A stretch of DNA of 31,600 nt from an uncultured archaeon (GTDB taxonomy: Archaea > Asgardarchaeota > Lokiarchaeia > Sigyniarchaeales > SOKP01): NCBI GenBank assembly GCA_964388035.1, contig CAYLZE010000057.1:1-31600 (forward strand), written 5' to 3'. The notes below the pieces were generated by a model, which did no database searches, had not been told where the DNA came from, and saw only the letters and a list, made by a program, of their open reading frames with translations. Of this stretch, positions 10,851-19,441 are shown in pieces (positions within the stretch are counted from its first letter, which is position 1; every line of letters begins with the position of its first letter). Position numbers and translations under genes: made by a program.

Positions 10851-11378
10851 TTCCTCTTTTTATTAAAAATTGATTTTTAATTTGAAGTAGAATGAAAATA
10901 ACAGATTTATTATTGCTATAAATAGTATCCGTTGATCATAAAATGAGTATAAAAAAGTATATAAATTTATTGATTAAAAATGTTGGGAATCGATAAAAAG
11001 ATCAAGGGGTTGTTTTCCTTTTCGATCACCAGAAAGTATTCTCCTTTTCCTTGTGGATCATTCATCACTTTTCCAATAGCCCATAATGATCATTTCTGTT
11101 AGATTTGTTAATGAAGGATGGGACACTTATCACTATCGGAAATCTTTCATTAAAGGATTAGTGAATTTAATAAAATTTAATCAAAAAAATATCCGTTTCA
11201 TTAAAATTAACTTTTTTAAATTAAATTGGAATCAATAAATAAGAGTATATATTAAAATTAAATTAAAGGTAGAATCCGAATTATTTATTGAAATAATGAT
11301 CTACGAAAAACGCTTGCAATAAATTCTTTTCTTAAAAATGAAACGAAGCTATTTTTTATCGAAAATCGAAAAAGGAAT

Positions 11379-11819
11379 TTAGGTTAATTTTTTTAATGGA
11401 CCTAATTCTTTAATTTGGTTGGTAAATTCGGTTATTAAATCTGCAAACTTCTTACCTTCCGAGGCACTCACCCATTCTAATCTCACACGCCTTCCATCTA
11501 TTCCTAATTGTTTAACAATAATCTCATGTAACTTTTTAAATCTATCACGGGTATATTCATTTCCCGTGATGTAATGGCAATCGCCAATATGACATCCCGT
11601 GATGAGGACACCATCTGCTCCATCTTTCAGTGCCTTCATAATAAAGGAAGGATCAACTCTTCCCGAGCACATGACGCGAACAATTCTCATGTTAGGTGGA
11701 TATTGAAAACGAGAAACTCCTGCTAAATCTGCACCAGCATAAGAACACCAATTACAACAAAAGGTTAATATTTCTGGATTAAATTCCGTTTTTGCTTCTT
11801 TTTTTTTTGATTTTGACAT
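11379..11819 (-). CDS. mvhD: MvhD/FlpD [2Fe-2S] subunit, cysteine form
   Basis: FCCNWCSYAGADLAG, RVMCSGRVD, GCHIGDCHY and WVSASEG. SD AGGTGAG upstream. Confidence 0.95.
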   Translation of the reverse strand: MSKSKKKEAKTEFNPEILTFCCNWCSYAGADLAGVSRFQYPPNMRIVRVMCSGRVDPSFIMKALKDGADGVLITGCHIGDCHYITGNEYTRDRFKKLHEIIVKQLGIDGRRVRLEWVSASEGKKFADLITEFTNQIKELGPLKKLT

Positions 11820-11843
11820 TTCTTTCTCACCTGTTTAATAAAT

Positions 11844-14800
11844 TCATTCCTCCAATAGATATGCTTCAATCATCTCGTAAATTTGATCGAAATCATAATG
11901 CTTAACGGAGATTGCTCCATTCGGGCATGTCGCGGCACACGTTCCACAACCTTTGCATAAGGCGCTATTGATAAAAGATTTTTTTAGAACAAGATTCACA
12001 TCCTCAAATTCCATTAACGCCTCTTTAATTTCAATGGCATTGTATGGGCAAACAGACTTGCATTTTCCACAACCTATACATCTTGAAGGTATTACTTCCG
12101 CTATTAATCCAGAAGTTTTAATCGTTTTGGCACTCAAAAATCTACTTGCCCGTCCAGCGGCGCCGTTCGCTTGCGAAATCGAATCTTGTATGTTTTTTGG
12201 CCATTGAGCACACCCCGCAAGAAAGATTCCATCCGTAGCAAAATCAAGAGGTCTCAATTTAACATGAGCTTCTAAAAAGAACCCGTTTTTATCAAGAGGT
12301 ACTTTTAACATTTTCGCTAATTCCGTGAGGTTATCCGCGGGGATCATGGGAGTAGATAAAATGATTGCATCCGTATCAAATTCGATTTGATCTTGTAAAT
12401 TTGTATCGAATACCTCAATTCTAAATCCACTCGTCTTATCCTTCTTTTTAGTAATTTTTGGTAGGTTATCCAAATCATATCTTAAAAACATGGCATCTCT
12501 TCTTCGATCTCGATAATATCTTTCAAATTCTTTTTTTGCCATTTGAATATCCCGATATAAAAGAATAATCTCTAAATCAGGCTTTAATTCTTTAAGGATG
12601 CCAATATTTTTTATGCTCACACCACAACACACGTTAGAACAATAGGTAATTCCTTCTGGTTGACGAGCATTCACACATAAAATCATGGTAATCCGTTTTA
12701 TCTCATCTAACCAAGAGAGATCTTTATTTTTTAATCTCTGTTCGAGCTCTAACTGTGTTAAGACATTTTTACTCTCGGGTTTATATTGAAATAATCCTTC
12801 AGGCTTAAACTCTTGGGCACCTGTAGCCACGATAATTGTACCTACTGCTTTTTCGTGAGGATTTTGTTTTGAATCGAGTATTGTTACTTTGTAGTTTCCT
12901 ATATATCCTTTAATATCTTGGAGTTTGGAAGTTAAAAATAACTCAATGTTATTGTTTTTTTCGACTTTATTTTTTATATCGTTTAAAATAATAGATGCAT
13001 CTTGTTGGATGGGATATAAAATATTAAGATTTTTCAAGTTTCCTCCTAATTCATTTTCTTTTTCAACCAGAAACACTTTAAATCCTTGATTAGCAATGTT
13101 TAACGCTGCAGTCATCCCGGAGATACCACCCCCTATTATTAACGTGGTAGGAATGATATCTAATTTTTCTTCCTTAAGTGGTTTTAACAATCGGGATTTT
13201 GCAACTGCCATCCTAATTAAGTCTTTAGCTTTATCCGTTGCAGCTTTATTATCTCCCATGTGAACCCAAGAGCATTGATCTCGAATATTTACCATTTCAA
13301 ATAAATATTTATTCAGGCCTGCCTCTTCACAAGTTTCTTGAAACAAGGATTCATGAGTTCTTGGCGTACAAGAGGCAACAATAAATCTATTCATTTTATA
13401 TTCCTCTATCATTTGCTTTATCCTTGCTTGTGAATCACTGGAACAACTATAAAGATTAGCTTCGCAATGAACTACAAACGGTAGCTTATTCACATATTCA
13501 ACCACGGTCGAAACATCCACGTATTTTCCGATATTAATTCCACAATGACACACAAGCACTCCAATCCTTGGTTGATCAGAGATTTTTACCTCAATCTCTG
13601 GGACCGTGAATATTTTTTCTTTAACTTGAGTATACTTAACAGAATTTAATAAATTAGCCACTTGAGAGGCTACCCCACTAGCATCTGCCACCGTTTCCGG
13701 TATGTCCATTGGTCCTTGGCAAAACCCGCATAGAAATATACCTTCCTTCGTTGCTACTGACTTATTAAAATAATCTTTTTCTTGGAAAAAATCATATCCA
13801 TCTAATTTTACATCTAAGATTCTTGCCAATTCCTTAACACCTTCAGAAGGTACCAACGGTGTGGCGAGTACGACCAAATTTGCTTCAAAATCATTAAATT
13901 CCCCCGTTTTAAGATCTTCATAATGGATGATTAAATCCTTAGTCTCGGGATTTTCTTCTATAGTACTTATTTTGGTTTGAAAATATTTAACGCCATACTC
14001 TTCCTGAGCTCTTGTAGTAAATTCATAAAAATTTTTCCCATACGCTCTTATATCATGTCGAAATACAAAACATTTCGACTTTTCAGAGTGTTCTTTTGTT
14101 ATTATGGCTTCTTTTGCTGTATACATGCAACACACGCTGGAACAATACGGCACCCCTTCGTGTAAATCCCTTGAACCTGCACATTGAACGAAGGCAATTT
14201 TTTTAGGTTCTTCCTGATCGCTCGGACGGAGCACATGTCCTCCAAAAGGACCCGAAGCACATAAGATTCTTTCATATTCCAAGGCACTCACCACGTTCTC
14301 GTGGCGATATCCCCACCTTGAAGATAATTTCTCCGCTGGCATGTCAAATCCAGTGGCAACCACTATGGCTCCTACTTTAATTTCAATATCCTTGGCTTTT
14401 TGTTCATAGTTTATGGCTTCTGCCTTGCATACTTTTTGACAAACACCGCATACTCCTTTTGTTAATTTCAAGCAAAGTTCAGGATCAATTAAGTAAATGG
14501 GCGGTACAGCTTGAGGAAAAGGAATATAAATTGATTTTCGTTTTCCCAAATTCATATCAAAAAGATTAGGTACTTCAATCTTAGGACACTTCGCTGCACA
14601 ATCACCACAACCCTTGCACTTTGTTTCGTCTATATAACGAGGCTTTTTTGTTACTATAACAGTAAAATTCCCAGGTCCTCCCGATACATTTTTCACTTCA
14701 TGATACGTCATTAGTTCTATATTCGGATTTCTAAAGACCTCAACCATCTTAGGTGCTAAAATACAGAGACTACAATCATTCGTAGGAAAAGTTTTATCCA

Positions 14801-14933
14801 GCTGGGACATTCGACCTCCAATGGAGGGGGTTTTTTCTACTAAATAGACTTTAAATCCAAGCTCTGTTAGATCTAATGAAGTTTGAATTCCAGCGATTCC
14901 CCCACCAATAACTAAGACCGAACCCTCCATCAT
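11844..14933 (-). CDS. hdrA: Large HdrA-like flavoprotein with two FAD modules (1029 aa), cysteine form
   Basis: GGGIAG, DKTFPTNDCSLC, inserted ferredoxin, QCAGSRD...YCSSVCC, internal VCHCGINI...SCTPRTHE...NIRDQCSW domain, second GGGISG and C-terminal 2x[4Fe-4S]. The start overlaps the upstream stop (TAATG). Confidence 0.93.
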   Translation of the reverse strand: MMEGSVLVIGGGIAGIQTSLDLTELGFKVYLVEKTPSIGGRMSQLDKTFPTNDCSLCILAPKMVEVFRNPNIELMTYHEVKNVSGGPGNFTVIVTKKPRYIDETKCKGCGDCAAKCPKIEVPNLFDMNLGKRKSIYIPFPQAVPPIYLIDPELCLKLTKGVCGVCQKVCKAEAINYEQKAKDIEIKVGAIVVATGFDMPAEKLSSRWGYRHENVVSALEYERILCASGPFGGHVLRPSDQEEPKKIAFVQCAGSRDLHEGVPYCSSVCCMYTAKEAIITKEHSEKSKCFVFRHDIRAYGKNFYEFTTRAQEEYGVKYFQTKISTIEENPETKDLIIHYEDLKTGEFNDFEANLVVLATPLVPSEGVKELARILDVKLDGYDFFQEKDYFNKSVATKEGIFLCGFCQGPMDIPETVADASGVASQVANLLNSVKYTQVKEKIFTVPEIEVKISDQPRIGVLVCHCGINIGKYVDVSTVVEYVNKLPFVVHCEANLYSCSSDSQARIKQMIEEYKMNRFIVASCTPRTHESLFQETCEEAGLNKYLFEMVNIRDQCSWVHMGDNKAATDKAKDLIRMAVAKSRLLKPLKEEKLDIIPTTLIIGGGISGMTAALNIANQGFKVFLVEKENELGGNLKNLNILYPIQQDASIILNDIKNKVEKNNNIELFLTSKLQDIKGYIGNYKVTILDSKQNPHEKAVGTIIVATGAQEFKPEGLFQYKPESKNVLTQLELEQRLKNKDLSWLDEIKRITMILCVNARQPEGITYCSNVCCGVSIKNIGILKELKPDLEIILLYRDIQMAKKEFERYYRDRRRDAMFLRYDLDNLPKITKKKDKTSGFRIEVFDTNLQDQIEFDTDAIILSTPMIPADNLTELAKMLKVPLDKNGFFLEAHVKLRPLDFATDGIFLAGCAQWPKNIQDSISQANGAAGRASRFLSAKTIKTSGLIAEVIPSRCIGCGKCKSVCPYNAIEIKEALMEFEDVNLVLKKSFINSALCKGCGTCAATCPNGAISVKHYDFDQIYEMIEAYLLEE

Positions 14934-16114
14934 TACTTTACCTCCTCATTTTTTTTTGATTGAATTACTTCCACATGATCTACCAGAAATTCAGAAAAAT
15001 CTTTAATCTCTATCGATTGTAAATTCTCAAAATCAGCTTTTAAACAATTAAAATGAATTTTACATTTAGGACAAGAGGTAATGAGAAGATCTCCGACATT
15101 TTTAACTTCTAACATGCGTTTATATCGAAGGGCTTTTGATTTTTCATTACAATTTGTCCAACAACTAACACCACAACAGAGTGAATTTTCCTTATTATGA
15201 ACCATCTCTTGAAATTCATAGCCCAATTTCTTAAATTCATTGAAAATTTCGCGTGCTTGCTCGGTGATATCATTATTGGGTAAAAATCTACTCAATCTAC
15301 ATGGATCATGATAAGTAAAAGGAATCAGATTATCCTTTTCATTTGGATTTTTAAATTTAATTTTATTTGCTTTCCAATTTTCATAAATATATTCAATAAG
15401 ATGCTTAACTTGAAATTTCTGATTATAAGAATCATCCAATTTAGGATAATCAATCTTTAATGTTCGATAACATTCCGCACATGCTGTAACTATGGTTGAT
15501 ATTCCCGCTTTTTCAAACATGTCGATATTTTTTCTTGCTAATTTGATGAATGTCTTTAATTTCCCTTGCCCCCAATAAATATCATGCCCACAACAAATTT
15601 CTTCCTTAAATACTACTATAGGCGTGTTCTCAATTTGACAGAGCATTTTTAATGTACTGGTAGCAATAGAATCGGATTTATCAAATTCATAGTTAAAAAA
15701 AGGAAGACATCCCACAAAATATAATAATTCTCCTTGTTCTGCTATCTGACAATCTTTAGGAACCCATTCAAGAGATCTATCTGGTTGAATATAAGGACGG
15801 GCCATCATTTCTGTAATAGTTGTATACATGCCCTTATGTGCAATGATTTCTTCCGGTTTTTGATTCAGCTCATGACGCATTTTATATCTTGCCATTCTTA
15901 CAATATCGGCAAAATTTATATTTTCAGGACAATCTTTTAAGCACTGATTACAGGTGAGGCAATCCCATAACACGCCGCTTTGAAGCACTTTATCTTCGAA
16001 TCCTTCTAAAATCATTTCTATTATCCGACTGGGGGTATACTTCTGAACCTTGCTCAGTTGACACACTCCCGAACAGCGTGCACATTGGTAACATTTTTTT
16101 AAAAGAGACCTCAA
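14933..16114 (-). CDS. HdrD-like (HdrC-HdrB fusion type) Fe-S oxidoreductase with two CCG domains
   Basis: CYQCARCSGVC and CLTCNQCLKDCP, then YFVGC...CCG...TACAEC and YHDPC...CCG...SCPKC. The true start may be upstream (ATT at 16201). Confidence 0.9.
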   Translation of the reverse strand: MRSLLKKCYQCARCSGVCQLSKVQKYTPSRIIEMILEGFEDKVLQSGVLWDCLTCNQCLKDCPENINFADIVRMARYKMRHELNQKPEEIIAHKGMYTTITEMMARPYIQPDRSLEWVPKDCQIAEQGELLYFVGCLPFFNYEFDKSDSIATSTLKMLCQIENTPIVVFKEEICCGHDIYWGQGKLKTFIKLARKNIDMFEKAGISTIVTACAECYRTLKIDYPKLDDSYNQKFQVKHLIEYIYENWKANKIKFKNPNEKDNLIPFTYHDPCRLSRFLPNNDITEQAREIFNEFKKLGYEFQEMVHNKENSLCCGVSCWTNCNEKSKALRYKRMLEVKNVGDLLITSCPKCKIHFNCLKADFENLQSIEIKDFSEFLVDHVEVIQSKKNEEVK

Positions 16115-16223
16115 ATCGGGCTCATATATTTTATCTAAATCTTTATATGCATCAGAAAATAGCTTCTTACGTTCTTGCTCTCTTTTCGATTCGGTAATAA
16201 TCTTTTCCTCTCTGAACCTAATT

Positions 16224-17333
16224 TTAACTCAAATTTTTCATGAACTTTTCTTTACGTTCTATTTTTGATTGGGAAAAATGAGAGATCAATTCCATCATTT
16301 TTTCCTTTTTAGCTTGACTCAATTCCATGCAAGTAATAATACCCGCATCCAATGCTCGTGAGAATAATTCCTTTCCTTTTTCAGTCCTAATAATAACGGT
16401 GGTATATTTATCTTGGGACCCCAACCCTCCAAAAGAAAGATCGGAATAAATATTGGTGAAATCATTACACGCATTGCATGCAGGACGCATGTATTTACTT
16501 AAGTGATTAAAAGGGATGTGAACAACTTTTTCTCGGGAATCTTTATCCCTTAATTTAAATATCACATCCTCCTTGATATTAATTTTAATGATATCTTTAA
16601 ACTTGATGTTGAAATCGTTTTCAAATTTTTCAATTTGTGATTTTTCGAATAAAAAATTTTCATAACAGAATAACCCTAGACAAATTTCTATGTTCTCAGA
16701 TGGGGTGACACCTAACTCTTGCATGCAACGAATTGTATAAACTTGACAGGGTGTTCCCACTACGGCTAATTTTTTAAATTTATAATGATTTAATTCGGGG
16801 ATGGAATGAGTATAAGTGCAAAATTTTTGAATTTCATCTAATTGGTGAGTTATATCCAACCTTGCCCCAGAGGCCTGCAATAAATCTTCTTTATTAGATG
16901 CAAATGTAGCTTCTCTCGAAAATGGTGCATCTGTTTTAGATACAATTGCTCCATCCACGATTTTTTCTTGTATTAAAAAGTTAATTAATGAGTTTACCAC
17001 GCCTCCATCAGTACCATTATCTAAAAATTCTTTATCAGTTGCTTGACAAGATTGAATTTCTTTCATGTTTCCTATAGGCATGACGGTAAAATTAGAGAAT
17101 TGATAACTTTTATTAAGATCATCATCTAATACGTGAGTTTGAGGGCATATTATGTAACATATTCCACATTCCAAGCAAGCATCTTTATTTATATATTCTG
17201 GAGGATGGAATAAATCTTTCAATCCAATTACACCATATTCTGCTGAAGAGCAGAAGCTCACGCAGCCTCCACATTCTTGGCAGATGCCTTTATCGTGTAC
17301 TTCCTCTATTAGATTTTGAAATGTTTTTGTCAC
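16224..17333 (-). CDS. FrhB/FdhB family F420-binding subunit with N-terminal ferredoxin
   Basis: CQECGGCVSFC, CLECGICYIICP, DGGVV, VVGTPCQ, LGLFCYENF and ACNACNDF. GTG start with SD GGAGG. Confidence 0.9.
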   Translation of the reverse strand: MTKTFQNLIEEVHDKGICQECGGCVSFCSSAEYGVIGLKDLFHPPEYINKDACLECGICYIICPQTHVLDDDLNKSYQFSNFTVMPIGNMKEIQSCQATDKEFLDNGTDGGVVNSLINFLIQEKIVDGAIVSKTDAPFSREATFASNKEDLLQASGARLDITHQLDEIQKFCTYTHSIPELNHYKFKKLAVVGTPCQVYTIRCMQELGVTPSENIEICLGLFCYENFLFEKSQIEKFENDFNIKFKDIIKINIKEDVIFKLRDKDSREKVVHIPFNHLSKYMRPACNACNDFTNIYSDLSFGGLGSQDKYTTVIIRTEKGKELFSRALDAGIITCMELSQAKKEKMMELISHFSQSKIERKEKFMKNLS

Positions 17334-17351
17334 GGTTAAATTGAACCTCCT

Positions 17352-18860
17352 TTATTTTTCTTCCTTTGGGGCATTTAATTGAACAGGTTTACATTTACTT
17401 CTTTTACTCCCACCAATTCTTTCAACCAAAAATAGCCCTGGTTTCACGTCTTTTAATTTTTTAGACTCCAATAAGCCCGCTTTTTCAGCATTTTTAAAGA
17501 TTTCCAAGCACTCTTCGGAACGAATCACCACGGATGACCATCCAGCTTGAGACCCGATGGAGCCAACTGAAAAATCGCTGAAATCAGAAGTCAAGTCTTC
17601 ACAGAAATGACAAGTATTGCGGGCATAAGATTGAACTTCTTTCAAAGGAACATCTAATTCTTCTCCATTTTTCAAATTTATGATGAATTTTCCCGAATCA
17701 ATATTCATTTTGGTTAGGTCATTGATATCTTTTTTGAATTTCTCACTTATCAATTTTTTAGTATCGTCATAGGAAAATGACTCCATGCAAAATAAACCAA
17801 TCCTATATTTAATATTCTTGAAAAAAGGAAGCCCGCTTGGAAATAACGTGGCTTTATACAGAGCCTTCATCATGCAAGGAACACCTACAACAGCGATCCT
17901 ATCATACTTTTTGGCTTGATCGATAATGCCCAAAGTGGGGGCATTTGCATATTTAGTTCCTGCCGTTTTATATAAATCCTTCACGCTTTCAACGATCACG
18001 GGTTCAGGTTTCCAAAGATCTTTAGAATGCTGAACGGCAATAATCGCATCAACCAAGTCATTTTCCAAGAGATATTGTAGGAGTGTAGTAACCACCCCTC
18101 CATCCTGGCGAACCTTCTTAATATCATCAATTTTTGTGCTTGCCGTAAAAGTTTCTACGTAAGCACCAATTTTATCGGAAAATTTTAAATTTTTATCAAT
18201 TTTCTTAATAGCCGCATAAGCCCTATCAATAGAAAAGGAGCGTGGGCACACCGAAAAACAGAGACCACATTTTATGCAGACTTCTTTATCAATTTCGAGG
18301 GTATCTGCTGAAACTGTAATGGCATCCAACGGACAAACCGAAGAGCACCATCCACAATTACAACATACCCCAGAATCAAACACGATGGTTACTGGTTCAA
18401 AAAAATGTTCCTTGAAATTTGGGGATAACACTTTTGCTTGGTATCGATAAAAATACTCCTTGACCTCAACTTCTTTTTCTTCATCCTTTATTTTTTTTAT
18501 TTCCGTGTGAGTTTTAATTTCGACTTGTTCTTCAACATATCCTTGTTCTTTTAAATAAAAGATATCCCGAACCACGTTTTCTGGAGGTATGTCTTGAATT
18601 AACTTCACTACATCCTCTATAAACATTGGTTCTTTATTTGTCAACCGTTCAAGAACTAATGCGCGTTCGGTTTCCGCATCTATCATGGAATCTAAAATAT
18701 CATAAAATTCTTGCTCGGAAAATTTTCCATGTTCTATAATCTCTTCTTTTGCTTCAAAAAATGCCCTCACTTGAAAATTTTCGATTGCCTTGTAAGTAGC
18801 TTCCATCAACTCCTTTGGAGCGCTATTATTTAAATCAACTTTTTTTATTGTTTGAACCAT
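17352..18860 (-). CDS. FrhB/FdhB family F420-binding subunit with ~155-aa N-terminal extension
   Basis: CCNCGWCSSVCP, CIKCGLCFSVCP, QDGGVVT, AGTKY, VGVPC, IGLFCMESF, CHFCED and SVGSIGS. Confidence 0.92.
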   Translation of the reverse strand: MVQTIKKVDLNNSAPKELMEATYKAIENFQVRAFFEAKEEIIEHGKFSEQEFYDILDSMIDAETERALVLERLTNKEPMFIEDVVKLIQDIPPENVVRDIFYLKEQGYVEEQVEIKTHTEIKKIKDEEKEVEVKEYFYRYQAKVLSPNFKEHFFEPVTIVFDSGVCCNCGWCSSVCPLDAITVSADTLEIDKEVCIKCGLCFSVCPRSFSIDRAYAAIKKIDKNLKFSDKIGAYVETFTASTKIDDIKKVRQDGGVVTTLLQYLLENDLVDAIIAVQHSKDLWKPEPVIVESVKDLYKTAGTKYANAPTLGIIDQAKKYDRIAVVGVPCMMKALYKATLFPSGLPFFKNIKYRIGLFCMESFSYDDTKKLISEKFKKDINDLTKMNIDSGKFIINLKNGEELDVPLKEVQSYARNTCHFCEDLTSDFSDFSVGSIGSQAGWSSVVIRSEECLEIFKNAEKAGLLESKKLKDVKPGLFLVERIGGSKRSKCKPVQLNAPKEEK

Positions 18861-18919
18861 TCCGTTAAAACAACCTTTTCATTTTACTTTTTTTTATATT
18901 TAAATAAAAATGGTGATTT

Positions 18920-18993
18920 CTAACCCCAACCCTTGCTTGAGTTAGTTTTCTCGTAACTAAGATTTTTTTACAAGAATCATTCCACGGGGTTAG
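18920..18993 (-). promoter_or_regulatory. Candidate SECIS element (3' stem-loop immediately after the Sec-mvhD stop)
   Basis: mRNA CUAACCCC-GUGGAAUGAUUCUUGUAAAAAAAUCUUAGUUACGAGAAAACUAACUCAAGCAAGGGUU-GGGGUUAG. It has a perfect 8-bp closing helix, further internal helices, AUGA/GAA and an unpaired A-run. Its position fits a SECIS, but a canonical tandem G.A core is not cleanly formed. Confidence 0.6.
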
Positions 18994-19437
18994 TTAAACT
19001 TTGGCTTTTTTCTTTGTCGTGTTTTTTCCAGAAGATCTAAGAGGATTTATTCCTATCCGCTTGATTTTTTCGTAGGTATCTTCCACGCTCTTCACAAATT
19101 TCTCTCCTTCTGCACTGCTTAACCAATACATGTTAATTCTCTGATCTCCAAATCCTCTTCTGCTCAAGATACGATTGGCAAAATCGACGTGCTTTTGAGC
19201 GGTAAAATTGCCGTTCTTAAATTGGCATTCGTTGGGTCGTCATCCAACCACCATTACTCCATCAGCACCGGATTTTATTGCATAGATAATATGCTTTACA
19301 TCCACTCTACCCGTACACCTGACCTTTATAATGCGTACTGAAGGAGTATATTTTAACCGAGAGACGCCTGCTAAATCTGCAGCACCGTAACCTCATTTTA
19401 AACAGCAAAAAGCAATGATTTTAAAGTTGTTTTCCAT
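18994..19437 (-). CDS. mvhD: Selenoprotein MvhD/VhuD (147 aa, two Sec), absent from the ORF track
   Basis: Manual translation gives MENNFKIIAFCCLK-U-GYGAADLAGVSR...VRCTGRVD...GADGVMVVG-U-RPNECQFKNGN...YWLSSAEGEKF...KAKV*. TGA at 19393-19395 (codon 15) and 19240-19242 (codon 66) align to Cys of the paralog at 11379..11819. SD GGAGG, TAA stop. Confidence 0.93.
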
Positions 19438-19441
19438 TTGT

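Noticed and set aside
8079-14933. Assembly duplication artefact of the two long hdrA genes
   Set aside because: The copies are substantially diverged in nucleotide and protein sequence and differ in domain content.
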